Shown: positions 33,678 through 43,209, numbered from the stretch's first letter. The stretch: DNA of 64,000 nt from Candidatus Omnitrophota bacterium (GCA_030693145.1 JAUYBI010000045.1:4591-68590); one strand, 5' to 3'. Made by a program: numbers and translations. Notes: generated from the sequence alone by a model not told the origin.

Positions 33678-34276
33678 TGAAAGCCCCCAACAGACAAAAT
33701 AAACCAGCTAAAATTTTTGTGATCAGTGGGCCATCGGGTTCAGGCAAAACCACCCTTTTGACCAGCTTAATTCAAGATAAGCAAATCGGGAAATTATTAG
33801 TAAAATCCTGCTCGATTACTACGCGGCCAAAGCGTTCGAAAGAAAGAGAGGGCAAGGAGTATTTTTTTGTCGCGCCCAAGGAGTTTAGGCGCCTGTTAAA
33901 AGCGAAAAAAATTCTTGAATGGACCAGGTATTTGGGCTATTATTACGGAACACCTAAGGAGCCCCTGGAAAAACAGCTTCAAGGCCGAAAGAACGTGGGT
34001 TTATGCCTGGACCTTAAGGGTGCCAGGATTCTTAAAAAAATATATCCTCAGAATACAGTAACGATTTTTGTTTTACCGCCTTCACTGAGCGTGCTTAAGG
34101 AGAGGATCCAAAAGCGTTGCCGGCACACCAATCCGCAGGAGGTGGCGCAGCGTTTGCTGCTTGCGCGTAGAGAGCTTCAGGCAGCCGGGAAATTTGACTA
34201 CTGTATTTTAAATCAGAATTTGTCAGCAGCATTTAGAGAATTAAAAAGTATTTTTCTGCAGGAAAGCAGCGCTTAA
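33677..34276 (+). CDS. gmk: guanylate kinase
   Basis: ISGPSGSGKTT, TTRPKR..E..G.EYFF, YYGTP. Confidence 0.95.
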   Translation: MKAPNRQNKPAKIFVISGPSGSGKTTLLTSLIQDKQIGKLLVKSCSITTRPKRSKEREGKEYFFVAPKEFRRLLKAKKILEWTRYLGYYYGTPKEPLEKQLQGRKNVGLCLDLKGARILKKIYPQNTVTIFVLPPSLSVLKERIQKRCRHTNPQEVAQRLLLARRELQAAGKFDYCILNQNLSAAFRELKSIFLQESSA

Positions 34277-34298
34277 CATATTACACCGGGGGTAAAAG

Positions 34299-34508
34299 AT
34301 GGATTATCAGGGAAGAGAAAAACTTTTAGACAAGAGTATGGGGTCAATTTATAAGCTGGTAATTTTGGCTTCTAAAAGGGCTTTAGAGATTGCCGAAGGC
34401 CAGCCGAAATTAGTGGCAGACGATGCTTCGGTAAAACCCTCGACCGTAGCCTTACATGAAATTGCTGCCGGTAAGATTGAGGCCAGGAAAATCAAGACAA
34501 AAGAGTAA
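34299..34508 (+). CDS. rpoZ: RNA polymerase omega subunit
   Basis: SIYKLVILASKRALEI...KPSTVALHEIAAGK; gmk-rpoZ-coa synteny. Confidence 0.9.
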   Translation: MDYQGREKLLDKSMGSIYKLVILASKRALEIAEGQPKLVADDASVKPSTVALHEIAAGKIEARKIKTKE

Positions 34509-35056
34509 TGGAAAAAGCCGAAAAAAATATCATCTTAGGCGTAACTGCCGGCATTGCTATTTACAAGTCCTGCGGCCTTATCCACAAGCTTAGAGCATGC
34601 GGGTTGGCAGTGCATGTGGTGATGACTAAAGAGGCGCAGGAATTAATTAAGCCGATTGTTTTTCAGAGCTTAAGCGGTAACCGGGTTTATGGCGGAGGCA
34701 TATTTGATGCGCCGGATACCTGGGATATTGAACATGTTGCTTTGGCGGCCAAAGCGGATTTAATTTTAATTGCTCCGGCAACGGCTAATATTATCGCCAA
34801 ACTTGCCGCCGGCATCTGCGATGATCTTTTAAGCTGTACGGTTTGCGCGAGTAAGGCTAAGGTCTTAATTGCACCGGCGATGAATGAAAATATGTATCAA
34901 AATAAAATAACGCAGAGTAATATCGCAAAATTAAAGAGTTGTGGTTATAAATTTATTCTACCACGTAAAGGCTTGCTGGCTTGCGGGGTGGTGGGGGTAG
35001 GTTGTTTAGCAGAGACTGAAGAGATTGTCAAGGAATCCAAGAAAATTTTAGAATAA
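34508..35056 (+). CDS. coaC: phosphopantothenoylcysteine decarboxylase (CoaC domain only)
   Basis: GVTAGIAIYK, IEHV, APATANIIAKLAAGICDD, APAMN, LACG. Confidence 0.88.
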   Translation: MEKAEKNIILGVTAGIAIYKSCGLIHKLRACGLAVHVVMTKEAQELIKPIVFQSLSGNRVYGGGIFDAPDTWDIEHVALAAKADLILIAPATANIIAKLAAGICDDLLSCTVCASKAKVLIAPAMNENMYQNKITQSNIAKLKSCGYKFILPRKGLLACGVVGVGCLAETEEIVKESKKILE

Positions 35057-35359
35057 ATGGGTATTAAATATGCAGTAAATAGGGATTTTTTTAAAACATG
35101 GACTTCTGAAATGGCTTATGTTCTAGGTTTTATCGCTGCTGATGGTAGCCTAGAAAATACGCCTTATATGAGAGGTAAATATATAAGTATTTGTAGTGAA
35201 GATGGATTATATTTAGAGCGGAAATATAACAAATTTTTAGACTTTTTTGGATTATATCCTAAGTGGCAGGAATACAATGGCGTGGTACCCAAGCGGTTAA
35301 GGGAGTTGTCTGCAAAACAACTATTCACCGGTTCGAGTCCGGTCCACGCCTTAAATTAG
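35057..35359 (+). pseudogene. internally deleted LAGLIDADG gene reading into tRNA-Cys
   Basis: FFKTWTSEMAYVLGFIAADG followed within about 20 aa by the terminal-type LYLERKY motif. Confidence 0.65.
35279..35351 (+). tRNA. tRNA-Cys(GCA)
   Basis: GGCGTGG...GTTGT-CTGCAAA-ACAAC...GGTTCGAGTCC..CCACGCCT. Confidence 0.95.
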
Positions 35360-35386
35360 CGTTGAACGATAACCAAAGGTTAGATT

Positions 35387-35470
35387 GCCGGGGTGTCGAA
35401 ATTGGTATACGATGCGGACTTAAAATCCGCCGTCCGCAAGGGCATGAGGGTTCGATTCCCTCCTCCGGCA
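35387..35470 (+). tRNA. tRNA-Leu(TAA)
   Basis: GCCGGGG...GCGGA-CTTAAAA-TCCGC, long variable arm, GGTTCGATTCC. Confidence 0.95.
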
Positions 35471-35482
35471 CTTAAAAATTTT

Positions 35483-35556
35483 GGGCTCATAGCTCAGTTG
35501 GTTAGAGCGTTTCCTTGACATGGAAAAGGCCGGGGGTCCGAATCCTCCTGGGCCCA
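35483..35556 (+). tRNA. tRNA-Val(GAC)
   Basis: GGGCTCATAGCTCAGTTGGTTAGAGCG-TTTCC-TTGACAT-GGAAA; T-loop reads TCCGAAT. Confidence 0.9.
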
Positions 35557-35603
35557 TTTTGGTTTATTAGTTTGATAATCAGAGAACTCAGAAACTAACA
35601 ATT

Positions 35604-37322
35604 ATGGATCTAGATACTCTAAGACATTCATGTTCACATGTTCTGGCTGAGGCGGTAAAAAAACTTTGGCCGGAGGCAAAATTAGCAATCGGGCCGGCAA
35701 TTGAAGACGGCTTTTACTATGATTTTGACAAAAAAGAGCCGTTTAGCAACGAAGATTTGCTGAATATTGAACAGGAGATGCGGAACATTATCACCCGGGA
35801 TGATCCGTTTTTGCGTGAGGAGCTGGATAAAATAAAAGCAATCGAGCTATTTAAGAAATTAAATGAAGATTATAAGGTCCAGCTTATCGAAGCTTTACCG
35901 GAGCAGGCAATTTCTATTTATAAAACCGGGAAAGTTTTTTTAGATCTTTGCCGTGGGCCGCATATCCCATCCACCGGTCAAATCAAGGCTTTTAAGTTGT
36001 TATCTGTTGCCGGAGCTTATTGGCATGGGATCGAAACTAATCCTATGCTGCAAAGGATTTACGGGACCTGTTTTGAGACCCAAAAAGAATTAGATGAATA
36101 TTTAAAAAATATAGAGGAAGCCAAACTACGCGACCATAGAAAACTAGGGCCGCAGCTGGAGTTCTTTGATATTTATCATGAGCAGGCAGGGGCAGGGCTG
36201 GTATTTTATCATCCTAAGGGCGCGCTGTTACGCACGATCATCGAGGATTATGAAAAAAAAGAGCATTTAAAACGCGGCTATGATATGGTGATTACTCCGC
36301 ATATTATGGATGTTGCCCTCTGGAAAACCAGCGGACATTATGATTATTACCGAGAGAATATGTATATCTTCCAGGCCGAAGATAAAGATTTTGTTTTAAA
36401 GCCGATGAATTGCCCGGGGCATATTTTAATTTATAAATCCAAAACCCGAAGCTATAAAGATTTGCCCATCCGTTATTTTGAGCTGGGTACGGTTTATCGT
36501 CGGGAAAAAGCCGGTGTTTTGCACGGGCTGTTGCGGGTGCGCGGGTTTACCCAGGATGACGCGCATGTATTTTGTTTACCGGAACAATTGTCTCAAGAAA
36601 TCAAAGCGATTATTGATTTTGTATTTGATACCATGAAAGTTTTCGGGTTTGAGTCAGTGGGGATCGAACTGAGCACCCGTCCGGAAAAATCCATTGGTTC
36701 GGATGAAGATTGGCAGCTAGCCACGGAAGCTTTAGAAACGGTATTAAAAGAAAAAGGTTTAAAATATGATGTCAATGTAGGAGACGGTGCATTCTACGGC
36801 CCGAAAATTGATATCAAATTAAAAGATGCGCTTAAAAGGACCTGGCAGTGCGCGACTATTCAGTGCGATTTTGCTCTTCCCAAAAGATTTAATTTAGCTT
36901 ATATTGATGATACGGGTAAAGAAAGGCAGCCGGTTATGCTGCATCGGGTTTTGTTGGGCAGCCTGGAGCGTTTTATCGGCGCCCTAATTGAACATTATAA
37001 AGGAGAGCTTCCTCTATGGTTAAGCCCGACGCAAGTTTTAATAATTCCGCTCAAAGAAACGGTGCGCGTTTATGCTCAAGATGTAAAGAATACCTTAGAA
37101 AGCCGAAATATTCGCGTGGATATGGATCTGCGTAATGAAACTTTAGATAAAAAGATTCGTAATGCCGAGATAAATAAAATCCCTTATTGTTTGATTTTAG
37201 GGGATCGAGAAGCTCAGCAGGGCACGGTGAGTGTGCGTAAAAAGGGAAGTGGAGATCAAGGGGTGATTGCCTTAGAGGAGTTTATGAGGAATTTAATTAA
37301 CCAGATTCAGGAACATAAGTAA
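35604..37322 (+). CDS. thrS: threonyl-tRNA synthetase (no N-terminal TGS domain)
   Basis: LRHSCSH, DLCRGPH, RDHRKLG, KPMNCPGH, RVRGFTQDD. Confidence 0.97.
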   Translation: MDLDTLRHSCSHVLAEAVKKLWPEAKLAIGPAIEDGFYYDFDKKEPFSNEDLLNIEQEMRNIITRDDPFLREELDKIKAIELFKKLNEDYKVQLIEALPEQAISIYKTGKVFLDLCRGPHIPSTGQIKAFKLLSVAGAYWHGIETNPMLQRIYGTCFETQKELDEYLKNIEEAKLRDHRKLGPQLEFFDIYHEQAGAGLVFYHPKGALLRTIIEDYEKKEHLKRGYDMVITPHIMDVALWKTSGHYDYYRENMYIFQAEDKDFVLKPMNCPGHILIYKSKTRSYKDLPIRYFELGTVYRREKAGVLHGLLRVRGFTQDDAHVFCLPEQLSQEIKAIIDFVFDTMKVFGFESVGIELSTRPEKSIGSDEDWQLATEALETVLKEKGLKYDVNVGDGAFYGPKIDIKLKDALKRTWQCATIQCDFALPKRFNLAYIDDTGKERQPVMLHRVLLGSLERFIGALIEHYKGELPLWLSPTQVLIIPLKETVRVYAQDVKNTLESRNIRVDMDLRNETLDKKIRNAEINKIPYCLILGDREAQQGTVSVRKKGSGDQGVIALEEFMRNLINQIQEHK

Positions 37323-37337
37323 AAGAGGGAGGAAGCT

Positions 37338-37844
37338 ATAAAAAAGTTCACGCGTATTAACGACAGAATTAGCGCACCGCAAGTTCGGGTAATTGGTCAT
37401 GATGAAAGTCAATTAGGAGTAATGTCTGTACAGCGGGCCTTAGAAATTGCTAATCAGCAGGAGTTAGATTTAGTGGAGGTTGCTCCCGCGGCTACGCCAC
37501 CGGTTTGCCGGATTATTGAATATAGTAAATTTAAATATGACTTGGAGAAAAAAGATCGGGAAGCTAAGAAACACCAGAAACAGGGCCGCCTCAAAGAAAT
37601 TCGACTTAAACCTAATATTGATGAACATGATTTTGAAACCAAGGTTAAGCAGGTAAGAAGTTTTTTAAAGAAAAAAGACAAAGTTAAAGTTAATCTTTTT
37701 TTCCGAGGCCGGCAGATGGAGCATTTAGATTTAGGGAGAAAAGTTTTAGATAAATTTATTCTGGATACACAGAATGATGGGCAGGTAGAAAAAACACCCT
37801 CACTTGAGGGTAGGATTATGTCCTTTGTAATTGCCCCAAAGTGA
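37338..37844 (+). CDS. infC: translation initiation factor IF-3 (ATA start)
   Basis: In-frame extension IKKFTRINDRISAPQVRVIG from ATA 37338 after a GGAGG SD; DLVEVAP...PPVCRI. Confidence 0.93.
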   Translation: MKKFTRINDRISAPQVRVIGHDESQLGVMSVQRALEIANQQELDLVEVAPAATPPVCRIIEYSKFKYDLEKKDREAKKHQKQGRLKEIRLKPNIDEHDFETKVKQVRSFLKKKDKVKVNLFFRGRQMEHLDLGRKVLDKFILDTQNDGQVEKTPSLEGRIMSFVIAPK

Positions 37845-37856
37845 AGTATAATAACA

Positions 37857-37958
37857 GACAGTGTAATAAATCTTGCTGACTTTCAATAGTAGGGGAGGTT
37901 TAAACCTCCCCTACGGCAATTAATAATTGGAAAAGTACGCAGAGTTTATTATAGCATC
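37857..37958. mobile_element. MITE with imperfect TIRs carrying a GTAG palindrome (copy 3, 37889-37914)
   Basis: GACAGTGTAATAAATCTTGCTGACTTT...AAAGTACGCAGAGTTTATTATAGCATC; flanks TAATAACA/TAACAATA (6/8). Confidence 0.75.
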
Positions 37959-37979
37959 TAACAATATGGAGAAAGAAAA

Positions 37980-38180
37980 ATGGGAAAGTTAAAAACAAAA
38001 CGCGGGGTAGCTAAGCGTTTTAAAATTACCAAAAAAGGTAAAGTTAAGTATTCACCCGGCGGAAAAAGCCACTTAGCTTCGTCTAAGAGAACAAAAAAAA
38101 TTAGAAATTTAAGGAGACGCAGGACACTGGCGGGTAAAAAAGAAGTAAGATTTATCAAATCTATGCTACCTTATGGGTAG
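37980..38180 (+). CDS. rpmI: 50S ribosomal protein L35
   Basis: MGKLKTKRGVAKRFKIT...LPYG. Confidence 0.95.
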   Translation: MGKLKTKRGVAKRFKITKKGKVKYSPGGKSHLASSKRTKKIRNLRRRRTLAGKKEVRFIKSMLPYG

Positions 38181-38200
38181 ATTTTATGTAAAATAACATT

Positions 38201-38318
38201 TCCCCCTCGCGGGAGCTCGGGGTCATTTTTCCCCAAGCGCCGGAGGCTGGGGAAAAATTCTCCCCCTCGCGGGAGCTCGGGGTCATTTTTCCCCAAGCGC
38301 CGGAGGCTGGGGAAAAAT
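38201..38318 (+). repeat. two tandem copies of a 58-bp double-hairpin element
   Basis: TCCCCCTCGCGGGAGCTCGGGGTCATTTTTCCCCAAGCGCCGGAGGCTGGGGAAAAAT at 38201 and 38261. Confidence 0.92.
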
Positions 38319-38331
38319 GAGGAGAAATGTA

Positions 38332-38679
38332 ATGGCAAAGGCTAAACATAGTGTAGCAACTCGTAAAAGAAAGAAGAAGGTTTTAAAACAAGCTAAAGGG
38401 TTCTGGGGTGATCGGAGTAAGCAATATCAGCAGGCCAAAAGAGTATTGGTGCACGCGCTCAGATATGCTTACCGGGATCGCCGGAATAAGAAGCGTGAAT
38501 TCCGCAGTCTCTGGATTGCCCGGATTAACGCGGCTTGCCGAGAGGTTGGGATTTCCTATAGCGTATTTATGAACGGGCTCAAGAAATCTAAGATTACTCT
38601 AGACCGTAAGATTTTGGCGGATTTAGCAGTAAGAGACAATCTTGCTTTTAAAAAACTAGTGGAGATAATCAAGAAATAA
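38332..38679 (+). CDS. rplT: 50S ribosomal protein L20
   Basis: [41 protein letters not shown]. Confidence 0.96.
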   Translation: MAKAKHSVATRKRKKKVLKQAKGFWGDRSKQYQQAKRVLVHALRYAYRDRRNKKREFRSLWIARINAACREVGISYSVFMNGLKKSKITLDRKILADLAVRDNLAFKKLVEIIKK

Positions 38680-38733
38680 AATCCTCCCCCCGTTCCTCTG
38701 GAAAGGATTGGGTGGAAGGCTAAGGGGTTATCC

Positions 38734-39378
38734 ATGTATGTAATTATTGTCGGTTGTGGGAGAGTGGGCTCAGAGCTGGCTAAGCTTTTATCCGGAGAGG
38801 GCCATGATGTAGTGGTTATTGATAAAACTCAGGAGGCATTTAAGCGCCTGGGGGATACTTTTAATGGCCTGACTATGGTCGGTAATGGTTTTGACCTGGC
38901 GCTTCTAAAACAGGTAGGCATTGAAAAAGCGGATGCTTTTTGCGCGGTAACTGATGGAGATAATACTAATTTAATTAGTGCCCAGGTGGCTAAAAAGATT
39001 TTTTCCGTGCCCAAAGTTTTTGCCCGGGTTTATGATCCGCAGCGCGCGCATATTTACGCGGCTCTGGGTTTGGATATTATCAGCGGCACAATGCTTTTTT
39101 CCGCTATGCTCAGAGATAAAATTATTGAAAGCAGATTTTCTAGCTATTTAATTGAATCCAAGGATTTAGGGGTTATTGAAATTGAAGCCAAGAATGACCT
39201 GGTCGGTAAAACCATTCAGGATATAAATATCCCGGGAGATTTTATTGTCGTGGCCTTACGTAGAATGCAGGGGGTAGTGATCCCGGAGCCTAAAACCGTT
39301 TTAAAAAATAAAGATATCTTAATGGGGGTAGTAAAAGTTTCCAGCCTCCGGGCGGTCAGGGAGAAGTTTCATTTATAA
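38734..39378 (+). CDS. trkA: TrkA/Ktr RCK-domain K+ uptake regulator
   Basis: IIVGCGRVG Rossmann motif, AVTDGDNTN, C-terminal TrkA_C. Confidence 0.9.
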   Translation: MYVIIVGCGRVGSELAKLLSGEGHDVVVIDKTQEAFKRLGDTFNGLTMVGNGFDLALLKQVGIEKADAFCAVTDGDNTNLISAQVAKKIFSVPKVFARVYDPQRAHIYAALGLDIISGTMLFSAMLRDKIIESRFSSYLIESKDLGVIEIEAKNDLVGKTIQDINIPGDFIVVALRRMQGVVIPEPKTVLKNKDILMGVVKVSSLRAVREKFHL

Positions 39379-39384
39379 CTTTGG

Positions 39385-39418
39385 GATCGTAGCGGAGGTT
39401 TAAACCTCCGCTACGATC
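39385..39418. repeat. GTAG palindrome variant (copy 4)
   Basis: GATCGTAGCGGAGGTTTAAACCTCCGCTACGATC, a perfect 34-bp palindrome. Confidence 0.9.
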
Positions 39419-39448
39419 TGACGGGAAAAATCGGAGGTTTGTAACGGG

Positions 39449-40111
39449 ATGTATATTTTAATTGTCGGCGCAGGTAAGGTGGGTTATTTTCTGGCCAGGA
39501 GGCTTTGCCAGGGTAAGCACACGGTAAGTGTCGTAGATAAAGACCGCCAGATTTGTGAAGAGTTGGCCAAGGAATTAGATGCCCTGGTAGTGAACGGCGA
39601 TGCCTGCGACCCAAAAATATTGGAGGAAGCCGGAATTTCGCGGGCTGATGTTTTAGCCGCGGTCACCGGTGATGATGAAGATAACCTGATTATTTGTCAG
39701 TTAGCTAAAGAAAAATTTAACCTGCGGCGTACTGTGGGCCGGGTAAATAATCCGGATAATGAACATACCTTTAATGAGCTAGGTATTGATGTGCCGGTTG
39801 ATTCCACCAAGATCATTGCTAAAATTATTGAAGAAGAAGTTTCTTTTTCGGATTTTGTAAATCTAATGAGTTTTAAGCGCGGCAAGCTGGCGATTGTGCG
39901 CGTGGATCTTCCGGATGATGCTCCCGTGATTAACCGGCAAGTAAAAGATATCGCTTTACCCAAAGACGCGGTATTGGTTTCCATTGTCCGGGGAGAAGAG
40001 GTTATTCTTCCCAAGGGCGATACGGTGCTTAAAACCGGAGATGATGTCATCGCGCTTACTTTAATCGGTAATGAGCCGCAACTCTTAAGCCTTTTAGCCG
40101 GGAAGCTTTAA
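39449..40111 (+). CDS. trkA: second TrkA family protein
   Basis: LIVGAGKVG, GDACD, AVTGDDEDN. Confidence 0.9.
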   Translation: MYILIVGAGKVGYFLARRLCQGKHTVSVVDKDRQICEELAKELDALVVNGDACDPKILEEAGISRADVLAAVTGDDEDNLIICQLAKEKFNLRRTVGRVNNPDNEHTFNELGIDVPVDSTKIIAKIIEEEVSFSDFVNLMSFKRGKLAIVRVDLPDDAPVINRQVKDIALPKDAVLVSIVRGEEVILPKGDTVLKTGDDVIALTLIGNEPQLLSLLAGKL

Positions 40112-40116
40112 AATAC

Positions 40117-40233
40117 ATGAGATTTAAACCTGCCTTAAATATTATCTTCGGGATAACCACAGAAATTTTCTATGTGTTTTTTATCATGCTGGCAGCGTTT
40201 TTGATCTGCTGGGCAATATATTTTAAGCTATGA
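40117..40233 (+). CDS. 38-aa single-TM peptide (below the ORF track threshold)
   Basis: MRFKPALNIIFGITTEIFYVFFIMLAAFLICWAIYFKL; starts 5 nt after the trkA stop, ATGA overlap with trkH. Confidence 0.65.
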   Translation: MRFKPALNIIFGITTEIFYVFFIMLAAFLICWAIYFKL

Positions 40234-41735
40234 TTCTTAGGCCCCGCCTTGAAGATTTAAAGATCATTGGTTTTTACCTGGGGAAAATAATTTTGGGATT
40301 AGCCTTGACCATGGTTATTCCTATTTTAATTGCTTTGTGTTTTGGAGAGATAAACCCCGCCCTGGATTTTTTCATTAGCATCGAAATATCTGCTTTATTG
40401 GGACTACTCTTAATTAAAATCTGCCAGACGAACAAGGATTTAAATTGGATGCAGGGTATGATTGTCGTTAGCTTATCCTGGGTGGTGGCCATGATTTTAG
40501 GGGCGATTCCGTTATATCTAAGCGGCCACTGGAAATCTTTTTTAGATGCATGTTTTGATGCCATGAGCGGGTTTGCTACCACCGGCTTGACCTTGGTTCA
40601 GGATTTGGATCATCTTTCTTATACGCACAACCTTTGGCGGCATTTGATTATGTTTTTGGGAGGCCAGGGGATTGTGGTGATTGCGCTTTCTTTTTTTGTG
40701 CGCGGGTCCTCCGGTGCATTTAAAATGTATGTGGGTGAGGCCCGGGATGAGAAGATTATGCCCAACGTCATTAATACCTCCAGGTTTATTTGGATGGTAA
40801 GCATTGTTTATCTGATTCTAGGTACCCTGGCCTTAGGCCTCACCGGGATATTTAACGGGATGAAGCCGCTTAATTCATTTTTTCATGGCGCCTGTATCTT
40901 TATGGCGGCTTTTGATACCGGAGGATTCAGCCCGCAATCACAAAACATACTTTATTACCATAGCTTTGCTTATGAGGTGATTACCGTGATCCTGATGGTT
41001 CTGGGGGCGCTTAATTTTAAACTGCATTACCATTTATGGATGGGGAATCGTAAGGAGATAATTAAAAATATCGAAACGCGGACCCTTTTGGTCACCATTA
41101 TTGCTACTTTTTCTGTGGTGGCCGTAGGTTTAGCGCAGACGGGAATTTATCCGGCGGCGGCAATGCTTTTCCGTAAAGGATTTTATCAGCTTATCTCCGG
41201 CCACACCGGGACAGGATTTCAGACTATTTATGCCCAGCAGTTTGGCGCGGATTGGAACCCATTGGCACTGGTAGGAGTAATTTTAGCTATGGCTCTAGGC
41301 GGGGCAGTCTGTTCGACTACCGGGGCAATTAAGATGTTGCGCATCGGAATTATTTTTAAAGCTTTTAAAGAGGATCTCAAAAGGATCATTATGCCGGAGA
41401 GGGCAATTGTTATTGAGAAATTTCACCATATCCGGGAGGTGTTTTTAGAGGATAAGTTGGTGAGGGGAGCTTTAATGATTACCCTGGCTTATATAATTTT
41501 ATATGGCTTAGGCGCACTGGTCGGGATGTTTTATGGTTATCCTTTTTTAGAAGCACTCTTTGAGTCTACCTCTGCCGCCGCTAATGTGGGCTTATCTTGC
41601 GGTATTACCAATATTGATATGCCGGCTATGCTCAAGGTTACTTATATACTGCAGATGTGGGCTGGACGCTTAGAGTTTATGTCCGTATTTACCATTCTTG
41701 GATTTTTATTTGCCAGCATTAAAGGGAAACGATGA
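40230..41735 (+). CDS. trkH: TrkH K+ transporter
   Basis: SGFATTG, TGGF, TGTGF, ANVGLS pore loops; GRLEF. Confidence 0.93.
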   Translation: MILRPRLEDLKIIGFYLGKIILGLALTMVIPILIALCFGEINPALDFFISIEISALLGLLLIKICQTNKDLNWMQGMIVVSLSWVVAMILGAIPLYLSGHWKSFLDACFDAMSGFATTGLTLVQDLDHLSYTHNLWRHLIMFLGGQGIVVIALSFFVRGSSGAFKMYVGEARDEKIMPNVINTSRFIWMVSIVYLILGTLALGLTGIFNGMKPLNSFFHGACIFMAAFDTGGFSPQSQNILYYHSFAYEVITVILMVLGALNFKLHYHLWMGNRKEIIKNIETRTLLVTIIATFSVVAVGLAQTGIYPAAAMLFRKGFYQLISGHTGTGFQTIYAQQFGADWNPLALVGVILAMALGGAVCSTTGAIKMLRIGIIFKAFKEDLKRIIMPERAIVIEKFHHIREVFLEDKLVRGALMITLAYIILYGLGALVGMFYGYPFLEALFESTSAAANVGLSCGITNIDMPAMLKVTYILQMWAGRLEFMSVFTILGFLFASIKGKR

Positions 41736-42223
41736 GACGGAGAAATCAGAAAATAAGGATCTGCCTTCTGTCCTCTGTCCTCTGCCTTCTGTCCTCTGTC
41801 TGTTTTGCTCAAACTCTTTCCAGTACGGAATTAATCAACAATGCTAAACAATATGACGGAAAGTTAATTACTTATTCCGGAGAAGTCATCGGGGATGTAA
41901 TGTCACGGGGTGAATTTGCCTGGGTAAATATAAATGACGGCCAGAATGCACTGGGCGTTTGGATAAGCTCTGCTTTAGCGCAAGAAATAAAATTTACGGG
42001 AAATTATAAATCTCGAGGCGATCGCCTGGAGATCGTGGGTGAATTTCACCACGCTTGCCCTGAGCATGGCGGAGATTTAGATATTCACGGGCGCTTATTG
42101 CGCAAGATTGCCAGCGGAAGAATGGTTAAAGAGAAGTTGAATTTTGATAAAGCGAGTTTAAGTTTTATTTTATTAGGGGCATTATTCTTAATATGGATAT
42201 TAACTCTATTCAAACGCAAATAG
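41732..42223 (+). CDS. exported OB-fold-like protein with C-terminal TM anchor
   Basis: Signal peptide, YDGK...GEVIGD...GD.LEIVG.FH; heptamer repeats in the signal region. Confidence 0.6.
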   Translation: MRRRNQKIRICLLSSVLCLLSSVCFAQTLSSTELINNAKQYDGKLITYSGEVIGDVMSRGEFAWVNINDGQNALGVWISSALAQEIKFTGNYKSRGDRLEIVGEFHHACPEHGGDLDIHGRLLRKIASGRMVKEKLNFDKASLSFILLGALFLIWILTLFKRK

Positions 42224-43206
42224 AAGGTGATTTAGCCGGGGTTGTTTCTGTGCAGGCCCTAGAAGAGGCGCGGATTAAATATCTGGGCAGAAAGGGCATG
42301 ATCGCAGAGTTGACCAGCTCTATCCCCGGACTAGCCGCTGAGCAAAGGGGGATCTTTGGTCAACAGGTCAATGCTTTAAAAAATAAATTACTGGGATTGT
42401 TTGAAGAAAAAGAAAAAACCTTAAAAACTCAAAGTAGTGTTTTAAAGAAGAGCAATTTAGATGTAGGGATGCCGGGAATTGTTCAGGAGCTCGGGCATAT
42501 CCATCCGATTACTCAGATTATTGATGAAATCTGCACCGTGTTTAATCGTATGGGTTTTTCAGTAGTCCAGGGCCCGGAGGTGGAAACAGAATACAATAAT
42601 TTCACCGGTTTAAATATTCCATTAGAACATCCTTCGCGCGATGCCTTCGATACCTTTTATTTAAAAGATTATTCTAAGCTGCTCTTGCGCAGCCACACCT
42701 CTCCGGTGCAGGTGCGCGTCATGAAAACACAAAAGCCCCCTTTGGCCATGGTGGTGCCGGGAAGGGTGTATCGTCCGGACGCGGTGGACGCCAGCCATCT
42801 TTTTATGTTCCACCAGATTGAAGGTTTTTTAGTCGATGAAAATATCAGGTTTTCCGATTTAAAGGGGATTCTGGAACTGTTTGCCAAGAATGTTTTTGGG
42901 CGGGATATCAGCATGCGTTTCCGGCCGCATTTTTTCCCTTTTACTGAACCTTCCGTGGAAGTGGATATCTCTTGTATTATTTGTAAAGGCCGGGGATGCT
43001 CGGTTTGCGGCAGGAAAGGCTGGCTGGAGATCCTGGGTGCGGGTATGATCCACCCGAATGTTTTTAAACAGGTGGGGTATGCTCCAGGCATTTACACGGG
43101 TTTTGCTTTTGGCATGGGGGTAGAGAGAATCACGATGTTAAAATACGGAATCAACGATATTCGTTTATTTTTTGAGAATGATTTAAGATTTTTGAGGCAA
43201 TTTTAG
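42193..43206 (+). CDS. pheS: phenylalanyl-tRNA synthetase alpha
   Basis: LLRSHTSPVQ, FHQIEG, FPFTEPS, GFAFGMGVER. Confidence 0.97.
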   Translation: MDINSIQTQIEGDLAGVVSVQALEEARIKYLGRKGMIAELTSSIPGLAAEQRGIFGQQVNALKNKLLGLFEEKEKTLKTQSSVLKKSNLDVGMPGIVQELGHIHPITQIIDEICTVFNRMGFSVVQGPEVETEYNNFTGLNIPLEHPSRDAFDTFYLKDYSKLLLRSHTSPVQVRVMKTQKPPLAMVVPGRVYRPDAVDASHLFMFHQIEGFLVDENIRFSDLKGILELFAKNVFGRDISMRFRPHFFPFTEPSVEVDISCIICKGRGCSVCGRKGWLEILGAGMIHPNVFKQVGYAPGIYTGFAFGMGVERITMLKYGINDIRLFFENDLRFLRQF

Positions 43207-43209
43207 ACG

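Noticed and set aside
35263-35475. 70-aa ORF across the tRNA cluster
   Set aside because: It overlaps tRNA-Cys and tRNA-Leu and is spurious.
38161-38349. CRISPR array or repeat-containing peptide in the rpmI-rplT gap
   Set aside because: There are only two adjacent identical units with no unique spacers, and no cas genes in the window; the ORF is the repeat read antisense.
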